From a candidate division WOR-3 bacterium (GTDB taxonomy: Bacteria > Hydrothermota > UBA3072): a stretch of 64,000 nt of DNA. Shown here one piece after another: positions 28,027 through 37,763 of this stretch. Both the position numbers and the translations under genes were made by a program. The stretch covers positions 1,073-65,072 of the forward strand of contig JAFGHJ010000046.1 of NCBI GenBank assembly GCA_016930175.1, in the 5' to 3' direction. The notes under the pieces are model-generated. The model had not been told where the DNA came from and searched no databases. It saw nothing but the letters and a program-made list of their open reading frames with translations. The first letter of the stretch is position 1. The number at the start of each line of letters is the position of its first letter.

Positions 28027-29352
28027 TTACGAAGAAAACCGTATATTCAATTTTTTTATTTTCCTATAAAGAGTAGAAGGATGAATGCCCAAAATATCTG
28101 CAGCTCTACTCTTATCATTTTTTGATATTTCCAAAGCTTTTTTTATCGTTTTCCTCTCTATTTCTTCTAAATTCAACCTATCAACCTTACTCTTACTAGT
28201 AAACTCTTCAGGAATCGCCGAGGCACCAATGACATCTGAATCTTCTAATACTATTAACCGTTCAAGGAGATTTTCCAACTCTCTAACATTACCAGTCCAC
28301 TTATAATTCATAAGCTTCTCGTAAGCTTCATCAGTAAACGTTTTCTCTTTTACATTTAATCTTTCTGAAATTTTCTTATTAAAATGCTTAATTAAAGGAA
28401 GTATATCTTCTTTTCTTTCCCTAAGCGGAGGAATTTCTACAGGAATAACATTTAAACGATAGTATAAATCTTCCCTGAATTTACCTTCAGCAACTAAATT
28501 TTCAATATTCTCATTTGTAGCGCTTATTATTCTAACATCGACCTCAACTTCTTTTGTACTTCCAAGAGGTGTAAAACTCATCTCCTGAATAGCTCTGAGT
28601 AACTTCGGTTGTAATTCCATCGGCAACGTACTTATTTCATCAAGAAATAAAGTACCTTTATCTGCAGCAACAAACAATCCCTTCTTGTCTCTATCTGCAC
28701 CGGTAAAGGCGCCTTTCATATATCCAAAAAGCTCCGATTCCAATAATTCGGAAGGAAAAGCGGAACAATTAATCGGGACAAATTTCCCGGGTCTGTCCGA
28801 ATTATAATGAATCAAATTTGCTACCAATTCTTTGCCTGTGCCACTTTCGCCAAAGATGAGAATCGGAGAAGTCGTCGCGGCAACTTTCTTTATTTTTTCC
28901 CTCATTTGATTCATCTTCTCATTAATCCCAATAATTCGGAACTCTTCCAGTTTTTGCTCGCGAAGATTCTTCAGGCTCTTTTTAATCTTTATTTTATCCA
29001 AAGCCTCATTTAACCTCAAAATCAATTCTTCCATCCTGAAAGGCTTTCTTATATAATCTGAAGCTCCGCCCCTTATCGCTTCTATTGCCGAGTCAATTGA
29101 AGAATACGCTGTTATTAATATAATTACTGCCTCGGAATTTATTTTTTTGCAGCGACGAAGGACTTCCAGACCCGACATTTCCGGCATATTTATATCACTC
29201 AAAACAGCATCGTAATTACTTTCGGAAAATCTATTCAAAGCTTCTATCGGATCAGAAAAAACATCTACCTTAAATCCGTATTCTTCTAAGCCAAGTTTAA
29301 CCACTTCCAGAATACTGACCTCATCGTCAATAACCAAAATTTTTCCGTTCAT
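28027..29352 (-). CDS. Sigma-54-dependent response regulator (NtrC/PilR family)
   Basis: REC domain (ILVIDDE...D54), AAA+ sigma-54 activator domain (GESGTGKELVA, the GAFTGA loop seen as KGAFTGA) and a C-terminal Fis-type HTH. Start overlaps the kinase gene by 4 nt. Confidence 0.88.
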   Translation of the reverse strand: MNGKILVIDDEVSILEVVKLGLEEYGFKVDVFSDPIEALNRFSESNYDAVLSDINMPEMSGLEVLRRCKKINSEAVIILITAYSSIDSAIEAIRGGASDYIRKPFRMEELILRLNEALDKIKIKKSLKNLREQKLEEFRIIGINEKMNQMREKIKKVAATTSPILIFGESGTGKELVANLIHYNSDRPGKFVPINCSAFPSELLESELFGYMKGAFTGADRDKKGLFVAADKGTLFLDEISTLPMELQPKLLRAIQEMSFTPLGSTKEVEVDVRIISATNENIENLVAEGKFREDLYYRLNVIPVEIPPLRERKEDILPLIKHFNKKISERLNVKEKTFTDEAYEKLMNYKWTGNVRELENLLERLIVLEDSDVIGASAIPEEFTSKSKVDRLNLEEIERKTIKKALEISKNDKSRAADILGIHPSTLYRKIKKLNIRFSS

Positions 29353-30854
29353 AAAATAATACGCACCTCCGTACCTTCACCTAAAGCACTTTCAACGTCT
29401 ATGTCCCAGTTATGCAGTTCTATTATTTTCTTCACTATAGGAAGCCCAAAACCAAAACCTTCCTTAAAATGTGTATAAAAAGGAGAGAATATTTTATTTA
29501 AATCCCGCTTCTGTATACCGCATCCATCATCCTTAATAAAGAGTATTGTTGACCCCTTATCTTTTTTCGCTCCAAAAGCAAGATTTCCTCCATTCGACAT
29601 TGCTTTTAAAGAATTTGAACCAAGATTTAAAAAAACACTTTTGAGAAGATTATAATCCCCTTTTATCGAAATATCACCGGACACCTCGTTACTTAACTTA
29701 ATATTTTTATTAAAAAACTTACTTTGTTTTAACTCGACTATAACATCTTCAATAAGTTTACTAACACCAATCTCTTTATTCTTTAAATCAAAACTCTTAG
29801 TAAAATCCAAAAAGCTTTCAACTAAATAATCCAGTCTGTCAGATTCCTTTATTATAACTTCTTTAAGCTTTTCATTTTTATCCTTCTTGCCCTCGGGACA
29901 AGGCCCTATCAATTCGGCCGATGCCCTAATAGAAGAAACAGGATTCCTTACCTCGTGTGCAAGATTAGCCGCAAAATTACCAAGAGTCACAAGCTTATCT
30001 CTCATTTGCATTTTTCTTTCTATCTCTTTTTCCTCAGTTTTATCGTTAATCATTAAAATGGTTCCTTTACCATCTAATAAGCTACTACTTCTTCTTACCA
30101 TAAATACTTTATCTCCACTCTCAAGTTCCAGTTGTTTTTCTTCTCCCATTAAAATCCTTTCAATAGGCTCTTTAAAAGGGACCCTTGTAACATCCAAAAG
30201 GACATTTCCCGGAAAAAGTGGCACTCCAAGAAAGTTTGAAGACTTAGAGTTACTCCAGACTATACGACCACCTTCGTCTACTGTAACGATACCGTAATCA
30301 ATTGCTTCTACAATATCAGAGATATCAACTTTGACTCTGGTAAGTTGTTCCCTTAAAACTTGAACAATCAGGGACGAAACCGCAGCGGTAAAAATAAAAA
30401 CGAAAGAATATACAACAAATTCAATCAAAACGATATCAAGAGGTGGAAATTCTGGCAGACTTATAAGAATCAAACCTGTAGGAATTTTCTCTGTAAAAAA
30501 GAGTGACACCAGCCCAAAAGATAATATAGAATAACCACTCACAATAAAAGAATCCACAGGAAACAACAGATAAGCGCTCAAGACAATCAACGGAAGATAA
30601 AAAGAAACAAATGGACTTAAAGCAGATCCCGTAAAAACAATAAGAAAAGAAATATAAGTTATATCTAATAAAAGATTATACAACTTCACTTTTCGTTGAA
30701 TAAACAAAACAAATACTTCATCTATTATAAAAACAAAGAATAGAACAAGCAAAGGTAAAACGCTTTTACCTCTTTCTCTGAATACGCAAATCAGAGAAAA
30801 TAAAAGGATAAATAGAATAGCTCTATATAGGCAATATCTCTTAGTTTGACTCAC
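29349..30854 (-). CDS. Sensor histidine kinase (PilS-like; multi-TM N-terminus, PAS, HisKA, HATPase)
   Basis: Six-plus TM helices, then a PAS-like region, an H-box LAHEVRNPVSSI and G1/G2 ATPase motifs. Operonic with the sigma-54 regulator. Confidence 0.85.
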   Translation of the reverse strand: MSQTKRYCLYRAILFILLFSLICVFRERGKSVLPLLVLFFVFIIDEVFVLFIQRKVKLYNLLLDITYISFLIVFTGSALSPFVSFYLPLIVLSAYLLFPVDSFIVSGYSILSFGLVSLFFTEKIPTGLILISLPEFPPLDIVLIEFVVYSFVFIFTAAVSSLIVQVLREQLTRVKVDISDIVEAIDYGIVTVDEGGRIVWSNSKSSNFLGVPLFPGNVLLDVTRVPFKEPIERILMGEEKQLELESGDKVFMVRRSSSLLDGKGTILMINDKTEEKEIERKMQMRDKLVTLGNFAANLAHEVRNPVSSIRASAELIGPCPEGKKDKNEKLKEVIIKESDRLDYLVESFLDFTKSFDLKNKEIGVSKLIEDVIVELKQSKFFNKNIKLSNEVSGDISIKGDYNLLKSVFLNLGSNSLKAMSNGGNLAFGAKKDKGSTILFIKDDGCGIQKRDLNKIFSPFYTHFKEGFGFGLPIVKKIIELHNWDIDVESALGEGTEVRIIL

Positions 30855-30867
30855 GAAATCCTTTCTA

Positions 30868-32073
30868 TTACATAAACTGCTGAGCCATTTTGAAAATCGG
30901 AAGATACATTGCCATAACCATACCGCCTATAACACCTCCAAGAAGAAGTATCACAAGAGGCTCAAGAGCATTCATAAGGTTCGCTACAGCCTGATCAACC
31001 TCATCGTCATAAAAATCTGCCACTTTTGAAAGCATCTCATCCAATCCTCCTGTTTGTTCTCCTATCGTAATCATTTGAACAACCATTGGAGGGAACAGGG
31101 CTTTTTCTTTACTTAAGGGATCAGCAATAGATTCTCCCTGCGCTATTGAAGTTCGAGACCTTAGAACAGCATTCTCGACCAATTTATTACCAGTGGTTCC
31201 TGCTGTGATTTCAAGAGCATCAAGTATATTAACACCCGACGAAAGGAGTGTAGAAAGAGTTCTCGAAAATCTGGCAATTGCTTGTTTCTTTATCAAAGTA
31301 CCAAAAATCGGCAGCTTTATTAAAAAAGAATCGATCTGAAGATGTCCGACTTCAGTCTTGTAATAATATCTAATAAAAATAATTAAACCTACTGCCGCAG
31401 CCGCGATAATAAAGAAATACTTCCTTAAAAAATCACTTAAAGCGATAACCACCCTTGTGGGTAGCGGCAATTGACCACCGAGATCTTTGAACAACTGTGC
31501 AAATACCGGAATTACAAAAGTCAGCAAAACAGCAACAGCCATAACAGCAACTATAACAATAGCTGCCGGATAAACCATAGCTCCTTTCACTTTTCTCTTT
31601 ATGGAATCTGCTTTTTCGAGATAATCGGCAAGCCTGGCAAGAATAGTCGCAAGGGAACCTCCTTTCTCTCCGGCCTCCACCATATTAACATACAAATCTC
31701 CAAAAATTTCCTTATGTTCCCTCAAGGCATCGGCTAAAGTAGAACCTCCTTCTACTGCCGAGATTAAATCTTTCAATATGTCTTTAAACCTTTCCGATTC
31801 GACCTGAGCCACCTGAATATCAAGACATTTTATTAAAGGTAAACCCGCATTAATCATAACCGAAAATTGCCTTGTAAAAACAGAAATAGCTCTGCTGGAA
31901 ATCCTCCCTTTTAAGAAGGGAATAGTTATTTCCTTCGGTTTAGAGCGTATCGAGGTCGGAACAATTTTTCTCTCTCTCAATATTCTCTGGACTTCAGCAG
32001 GGTTCGCCGCAGTAATTTCTCCATTTTCTATTGTGCCACTTGGAGTTCTACCTTTCCACAGATAATCAGGCAT
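30868..32073 (-). CDS. pilC: Type IV pilus inner-membrane platform protein PilC (GspF family)
   Basis: 401 aa with two T2SSF repeats (the ...QFSVMINAGLPLIKCL... and ...LLSSGVNILDAL... blocks) and three TM segments. Confidence 0.9.
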   Translation of the reverse strand: MPDYLWKGRTPSGTIENGEITAANPAEVQRILRERKIVPTSIRSKPKEITIPFLKGRISSRAISVFTRQFSVMINAGLPLIKCLDIQVAQVESERFKDILKDLISAVEGGSTLADALREHKEIFGDLYVNMVEAGEKGGSLATILARLADYLEKADSIKRKVKGAMVYPAAIVIVAVMAVAVLLTFVIPVFAQLFKDLGGQLPLPTRVVIALSDFLRKYFFIIAAAAVGLIIFIRYYYKTEVGHLQIDSFLIKLPIFGTLIKKQAIARFSRTLSTLLSSGVNILDALEITAGTTGNKLVENAVLRSRTSIAQGESIADPLSKEKALFPPMVVQMITIGEQTGGLDEMLSKVADFYDDEVDQAVANLMNALEPLVILLLGGVIGGMVMAMYLPIFKMAQQFM

Positions 32074-32084
32074 CTTTTACCCCC

Positions 32085-33161
32085 TTAATGTAGAATTGTT
32101 TGTTTTTTAGCAATCATTTCCTCTAGTTCACCCGGTTCCCTGGAATAAGATATCGCATCCTCTATACTTATTTCTCGATCCATATACAATTTATAAAGTG
32201 ATTGATTCATTGTAATCATACCGAATTTTTGCCCGGCTTGCATGTTGGAGTACAACTGATGTGTTTTGTTATCTCTTATCAATGCTTTTACAGCCGGAGT
32301 ACCATAAAGAACCTCAACCGCAAGAGCTCTTCCGCCGGTTCTTTTCGGTATCAAACTCTGAGTAACAATACCTATAATAACAAAAGCTATTTGAGCTCTA
32401 ACCTGGTTATGCCTTTCAGGAGGGAAAGTATCAACTATTCTCGAAATAGATTCAACCGCTGAATTTGTATGCAAAGTGGCAATTGTAAGGTGACCGGTTT
32501 CCGCAACATTTAAAGCGGCTTCCATAGTCTCTCTATCCCTCATTTCGCCTATCATAACCACATCAGGATCCTGTCTGAGAATGTACTTTAACGCAATTGC
32601 GAATCCATCCGTATCCGAACCAACTTGTCTCTGGTTTACAATAGCTCTCTGATGTCTAAATAGATATTCTATTGGGTCTTCGATGGTAACAATATGAACT
32701 TTCCTCTCTCTATCTATCTTATCAACAACAGCCGCTAGAGTTGTAGATTTACCGCAACCTGTTGGTCCTGTTACAAGAATAAGACCCTTTTGCTTGTTCG
32801 CCATAGCAGCTATCACATCAGGCAAACCTAGCTGTTTAAAAGTCCTTATCTTAAAAGGAATAGTTCTTACCGCACAGGCCACCTGACCTCTCTGATAAAA
32901 AACATTAGCTCTAAATCGAGAAAGACCAGGTACCCCAAAGCTCAAATCGAGCTCTTTTTTCATTTCAAATTTCTTCTTTTGTTCGTCATTCAATATTGAA
33001 TAAACCAATTTCTCCAAATCATTCGGAGAAAGTGGGGCATAATTTGACTTTTCCAGTTGTCCGTCTTTTCGGTACATAGGTGGTGCAGCGGTAGTAAGAT
33101 GAAGGTCGGTTGCGCCTCGGCTTACCATTTCTTCCAGTAATGCTTTCATATCATAATCCAT
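32085..33161 (-). CDS. pilT: Twitching-motility retraction ATPase PilT
   Basis: 358 aa, Walker A LVTGPTGCGKSTT, Asp box and His box (GHLTIATLHTN) of the PilT/PilU family. No N-terminal GSPII_E_N domain. Confidence 0.9.
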   Translation of the reverse strand: MDYDMKALLEEMVSRGATDLHLTTAAPPMYRKDGQLEKSNYAPLSPNDLEKLVYSILNDEQKKKFEMKKELDLSFGVPGLSRFRANVFYQRGQVACAVRTIPFKIRTFKQLGLPDVIAAMANKQKGLILVTGPTGCGKSTTLAAVVDKIDRERKVHIVTIEDPIEYLFRHQRAIVNQRQVGSDTDGFAIALKYILRQDPDVVMIGEMRDRETMEAALNVAETGHLTIATLHTNSAVESISRIVDTFPPERHNQVRAQIAFVIIGIVTQSLIPKRTGGRALAVEVLYGTPAVKALIRDNKTHQLYSNMQAGQKFGMITMNQSLYKLYMDREISIEDAISYSREPGELEEMIAKKQTILH

Positions 33162-33183
33162 ATAATAACTCCTCTATAAAAAT

Positions 33184-34926
33184 TTAAGATTCAACGGTAA
33201 CTCTTAGAATCTCATCCGTAGTGGTAAGACCCCTTTTTAGCTTAATAATACCATCATCTCTAAGAGTTCGCATTCCTTCCTTTTGAGCGGCTTTTTGTAA
33301 ATCATCGGTTGAAGCTCCCTTTAGAATCATTTGTCTTATATTCATAGAGATAGGCATAACCTCCGTTACCGCGATTCTACCCCTGTAACCGCTGGAATTA
33401 CACTCGGGACATCCTGCTCCAGTTTCATAAATTTCACTATTCCTTATATCTTCTTCTGATATACCCATTGTTTTCAACAACTCAACTTTATCGCTCTGAG
33501 TAATATCTATTTTTTTTCTACAATTCTTACATACTTTCCTTAAGAGACGCTGTGCCTGTATTAAATTTAAAGAACTCGCTATCAAAAAAGGTTCTATACC
33601 AATATCCACCAAACGGTTCACCGCGCTGGGAGCATCATTGGTATGAAGAGTCGATAAAACGAGGTGACCAGTAAGAGCTGCTCTAATGGCAATCGATGCC
33701 GTATCTATTTCTCGAATCTCTCCAATAAGTATTATATTAGGGGATTGCCTTAAGAAAGCGCGTAGAGCATCAGGAAAATCAAATCCTATATCTTGATTTA
33801 CCTGAACCTGGTTTATTCCCTTAAGATTATATTCAACTGGATTTTCAACGGTCATAATATTTACTTCCGGTTTATTCAATGCAGAAAGAGCAGAATATAG
33901 AGATGTTGATTTTCCACTTCCTGTAGGGCCGGTAACAAGAATTAAACCATAAGGTCTAGCAATAGCTTTCTGAAACTCCCTGAGCGCATCCGGTTCGAAA
34001 CCAAGATCTTCCATATTTAACATAAGAGAAGATGGATCTAATATTCTCATCACAACTTTTTCGCCAAATACTGTAGGAATCACACTAACACGAAGGTCGA
34101 TAGCCTTCCCTTCAACTCTTATTTTTATTCTTCCGTCCTGATTAAGCCTTCTTTCCGAAGCATCCATAGTACCAGTCATTATTTTTATCCTCGTAGAAAT
34201 AGCATTTCTTAATCTATACGGCGGTTCCGCCACCTGCTGCAAAACACCATCGATTCTAAATCTTACACGAAGAGTCTTCTCATAAGGCTCAATATGGATA
34301 TCGGATGCTCCCTTCTTTACAGCAGAAGTAATCAAATAATTGACAAGTTTAATTACGGGTTTCTCCTGAGCCTCTGCCCTCCAATCCTCCTCTTCCTCCT
34401 CAAGATCAGACTTTCTGATAAAGATATTCTCGTCGCTTTCCTTAGCAAATATAAATTCTTCCTCTACCTCTTCTTCTTTCTTTCTTATTCTGTCTACTTG
34501 TTTAGTTACCGGATAAAATTGATCAAGAAGTTTCTTCATTTTCCAGAAAGTTACAACCACTGTCTCAACCTTCAAACCGGTCTTAAACTCAACCGCATCA
34601 ATTGCTTCTAAATCGCCGGGATTAACCACTCCCAAAATTAATTTTTTCCCTTTCCTTCTTATTGGAAAAACCTGGTACCGTTGTGCCATATCGGGCGGAA
34701 TCAGGGAAATCAGACTTTTATCTACGTCTTCAGGCTTGATATCAATAGAAGAAACCCGAAACTGCAAAGAAAGCGTTTTTGCCAGTTCGCTATCCGTAAT
34801 AAATCCTTCCTCAATAAGCACTGCTCCAAGCCTTTTTGCTACTTGTTTTTGCTTTCGCAGCGCCACGTTTAACTGCTCGGGTGTTATTTTCCCGGCTTGA
34901 ACCAGAATTTCACCAAGTCTCTCCAT
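33184..34926 (-). CDS. Type IV pilus/T2SS assembly ATPase, PilB/MshE-like, with an MshEN-type c-di-GMP-binding N-domain motif
   Basis: N-terminal RLGAVLIEEGFITDSELAKTLSLQ fits the MshEN motif RLGxxL(V/I)xxG(I/F)(L/V)xxxxLxxxLxxQ. Walker A LVTGPTGSGKSTS, a tetracysteine CxxC...CxxC, and a GspE C-terminus. Confidence 0.88.
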   Translation of the reverse strand: MERLGEILVQAGKITPEQLNVALRKQKQVAKRLGAVLIEEGFITDSELAKTLSLQFRVSSIDIKPEDVDKSLISLIPPDMAQRYQVFPIRRKGKKLILGVVNPGDLEAIDAVEFKTGLKVETVVVTFWKMKKLLDQFYPVTKQVDRIRKKEEEVEEEFIFAKESDENIFIRKSDLEEEEEDWRAEAQEKPVIKLVNYLITSAVKKGASDIHIEPYEKTLRVRFRIDGVLQQVAEPPYRLRNAISTRIKIMTGTMDASERRLNQDGRIKIRVEGKAIDLRVSVIPTVFGEKVVMRILDPSSLMLNMEDLGFEPDALREFQKAIARPYGLILVTGPTGSGKSTSLYSALSALNKPEVNIMTVENPVEYNLKGINQVQVNQDIGFDFPDALRAFLRQSPNIILIGEIREIDTASIAIRAALTGHLVLSTLHTNDAPSAVNRLVDIGIEPFLIASSLNLIQAQRLLRKVCKNCRKKIDITQSDKVELLKTMGISEEDIRNSEIYETGAGCPECNSSGYRGRIAVTEVMPISMNIRQMILKGASTDDLQKAAQKEGMRTLRDDGIIKLKRGLTTTDEILRVTVES

Positions 34927-34929
34927 ATC

Positions 34930-36630
34930 TTACCTAACCTGTGTCTCGCGAGCTACTTCCTCAAGAGTTGTAAGTCCATCTATTATCTTCTTAATTCCTT
35001 CATCACGCAAAGAACTCATTCCTTCTTTTCTGGCTTGCTCTTCCACCTCATCGGACGTTCTTCCATCAATAATCATTTTCCTGATATTTGAACTCATTGG
35101 CAAAACCTCGAATAATCCTAACCTTCCTTTATACCCTGTTTTCCTACAACTCTCACAACCTCTTCCATGAAAAATTTTCCGTCCGTTCAGCCTTGCCGGA
35201 TCAAAACCCAGTTTTAATATTTCTTCATTTGAAATCTCTAGAGGAGCTTTACATTTCGTACAAATTGTTTTTATTAGTCGTTGTGAAATAATAAGTTCAA
35301 GTGTTGAAGCCAAGAGAAACGGAGCAACGCCCATGTTAATAAGACGGGTAACTGTTGCTGCCGCAGAATTCGTATGCACTGTAGAAAGAACAAGGTGTCC
35401 TGTAAGCGAAGAACGTATGGCGATATCCGTTGTAGGCTTGTCTCTTATTTCTCCAACCATGATAACATCAGGATCCTGGCGCAAAAAAGACTTCAAGGCT
35501 TCCACAAAAGTAAGACCAATTTCCTCTCTTACCTGCAATTGATTAACCCCAAAAAGAGTATACTCCACAGGGTCCTCAGCTGTAGAAACATTTATATCTA
35601 TATTATTGATTTCCTTTAAAATCGAATATAACGTAGTAGTTTTTCCTGATCCTGTTGGTCCGGTAAGCAAAATAATCCCGTGTGGCTTTTTTATAGCTTT
35701 AAGTGTATCATCCAGAGCCTTTTGCTCAAAGCCCAATTTGGTTAGATCAAATTCCATACTCTCTTTATCAAGAACTCTTATACCTACTTTCTCGCCAAAA
35801 ACCGTAGGCACAGTTGCAATTCTAAAATCTATTTTTCTCCCCATAAGCTCCGCCTGAAATCTACCATCCTGGGGCCTTCTTTTTTCCTGTATCTTAAGAT
35901 TAGACATGACTTTAAGTCTTGATACAACAGCCTTATGGAGACGCCACGGAGGAGGTTGAAAATTGTGAAGAACTCCGTCGACTCTCATTCTAACTCGAAT
36001 ATCTTTTTCAAAAGGCTCAATATGAAGATCGCTCGCTCTTTCAATTACAACTTTCTTTAAAAGAAAATTAACATATTGAACAACCGGACCAGAATCTATT
36101 TGCGCAGCAAGAGCAGAGACTCCCTCCCCTTCCTCCTCCTCATCCTTCGCCAATAATTCAACCGAATCCTCTGCAAGACCCATTTCTTCCGCTACTTCGT
36201 CTTCTATAGCTTTAGTCTCGTAATGTTCTTTTAAAATTTTTCTAATAGATTTTTCAGAAGCTACTAATGGCTTAATTTCATAACCTGTTCTGAAGCGAAT
36301 ATCTTCTTGAGCCTGTAAATCATTTGGATTTATCATAGCTAAATATAAGGTTTTCCCCTTCTTTTCTACCGGCACACACTCATAAGCTCCTGCAATATCC
36401 GGAGAAATTAAATTTAAAACTTCATCATCTAAGGGATAATCGGAAAGTACTACGCCTTTTACATTTAAATTCTTTTCGAGAGCCTTAATCAACTGTTCTT
36501 CAGTGACATAACCTAATTCTATAAGGTTTGCGCCTAAACGTCCTCCTTCTTCTCTCTGCCTTTTAAGCGCTTCTTTCAACTGATCTTCTGTTATGGCACC
36601 ATCTAATAATAGAATCCTTCCTACTCTCAC
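34930..36630 (-). CDS. pilB: Type IV pilus assembly ATPase PilB (GspE family), paralog 1
   Basis: GSPII_E_N domain, Walker A LLTGPTGSGKTTT, tetracysteine motif CTKCK...CESCRKTGYKGR. Its N-motif RLGANLIELGYVTEEQL only partly matches the MshEN consensus. Confidence 0.88.
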   Translation of the reverse strand: MRVGRILLLDGAITEDQLKEALKRQREEGGRLGANLIELGYVTEEQLIKALEKNLNVKGVVLSDYPLDDEVLNLISPDIAGAYECVPVEKKGKTLYLAMINPNDLQAQEDIRFRTGYEIKPLVASEKSIRKILKEHYETKAIEDEVAEEMGLAEDSVELLAKDEEEEGEGVSALAAQIDSGPVVQYVNFLLKKVVIERASDLHIEPFEKDIRVRMRVDGVLHNFQPPPWRLHKAVVSRLKVMSNLKIQEKRRPQDGRFQAELMGRKIDFRIATVPTVFGEKVGIRVLDKESMEFDLTKLGFEQKALDDTLKAIKKPHGIILLTGPTGSGKTTTLYSILKEINNIDINVSTAEDPVEYTLFGVNQLQVREEIGLTFVEALKSFLRQDPDVIMVGEIRDKPTTDIAIRSSLTGHLVLSTVHTNSAAATVTRLINMGVAPFLLASTLELIISQRLIKTICTKCKAPLEISNEEILKLGFDPARLNGRKIFHGRGCESCRKTGYKGRLGLFEVLPMSSNIRKMIIDGRTSDEVEEQARKEGMSSLRDEGIKKIIDGLTTLEEVARETQVR

Positions 36631-36770
36631 ACTAATAATATAAATACTTTCAGCTTAAAAGTCAAGGTTATAAATAATTAGTGAAAACCTATTAAAGTAA
36701 TACTTTTTATTTATTTTTCTGCTAAAAGATACATAAATAAGAAATTATATAAGTATTTTGCTATAGGGGC

Positions 36771-36798
36771 TTGACTTATCTATTTAGAAAGTTAAAAT
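36771..36798 (+). promoter_or_regulatory. Promoter for ssrA (TTGACT, 16 nt spacer, TAAAAT)
   Basis: Hexamers at 36771-36776 and 36793-36798, about 10 nt before the tmRNA 5' GGGGG. Confidence 0.45.
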
Positions 36799-36808
36799 AG
36801 ATATATAC

Positions 36809-37156
36809 GGGGGCGAATTGGCTCTCGACGGGATACAACTGGATTGTAAGCTGCATGCCGAGCTGCCATAGCTCGAAAAACTATGGTATTTGTAATAAAT
36901 GGCAACTATAATTATGCCATGGCAGCTTAATTAAGCTGCTCGTCCTTTCCGGACGTTTTCTTCTTACTCCGGATGTGGGCGTCATAGAAAGAAGATAGGT
37001 TGCAATTTTGCCAGGGTTTTGCAGCCGAATAAAGACTGGCTTGGTTATTCTGATTCCTGTGATTGGGTAAAGAATAGCGACACTTAAACAATCACTAAGC
37101 ATGTAGAAGTTTTCAAACAGGTATTTCGGACGCGGGTTCGATTCCCGCCGCCTCCA
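36809..37156 (+). ncRNA. ssrA: tmRNA (SsrA); tag reading frame 36901-36930 encodes (A)GNYNYAMAA then stop
   Basis: 5' GGGGGCGAAUUGGCUCUCGACGGG and 3' GGACGCGGGUUCGAUUCCCGCCGCCUCCA form a 7 bp acceptor stem plus T-arm, with CCA not encoded. The internal ORF GGC AAC TAT AAT TAT GCC ATG GCA GCT TAA is followed by UUAAGCUGC, paralleling E. coli GCAGCUUAAUAACCUGC. Confidence 0.9.
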
Positions 37157-37180
37157 GTAAAACAAAACAGAGGAGGAATT

Positions 37181-37729
37181 ATGAAAATAACTCCTTTAGA
37201 TATTAGAAAACAGGAATTTAGAAAATCATTTAAAGGATATGATAAAAATGAGGTAGATATATTCCTGGAAATGTTAGCTAAAGAAATAGAAAATATTGTA
37301 CGAGATAATAAAAGGATGACCGATCAATTAAAGGAACTGGATTCCAAAATTGAAGATTATAAGAGAATGGAACAAACCCTTCAGGATACCCTTACCTCTA
37401 CCCAAAAAACCACAGACGAAATAAGAAGAAATGCCAGAAAAGAAGCCGAAATGATACTACAAAAAGCAAAATTGCAAGCCAGCGAAATAATAGAAAATGC
37501 TGCAGCTAAAGTTAAAGATCTACAAAGTCAAATAAGTGCTTTAAGAAATCAAAAAGACGGATTTGTTATACAATTACGCAGTTTTCTCTCATCTCAATTA
37601 AAAATGCTCGAAGAGGTCGAAATTATAAGTGTAAAAGAAAGAAATAAAAAATACTCTTCCGCGGAAAATGAAAAATCGGAAGAATTAGAGAAAACAAAAA
37701 AGAAAGTTCAGGAATTGTTCCAGGAGTAA
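37181..37729 (+). CDS. DivIVA-domain cell-division/polarity protein
   Basis: N-terminus ITPLDIRKQEFRKSFKGYDKNEVDIFLE is the DivIVA/GpsB lipid-binding domain, followed by coiled coils. GAGGAGG RBS. Confidence 0.85.
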   Translation: MKITPLDIRKQEFRKSFKGYDKNEVDIFLEMLAKEIENIVRDNKRMTDQLKELDSKIEDYKRMEQTLQDTLTSTQKTTDEIRRNARKEAEMILQKAKLQASEIIENAAAKVKDLQSQISALRNQKDGFVIQLRSFLSSQLKMLEEVEIISVKERNKKYSSAENEKSEELEKTKKKVQELFQE

Positions 37730-37763
37730 ATTCTAAATTAGGAAATCCTAACAAAAAATAGAC

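Noticed and set aside
36881-37165. 94 aa minus-strand ORF
   Set aside because: It lies entirely within the tmRNA gene on the opposite strand.
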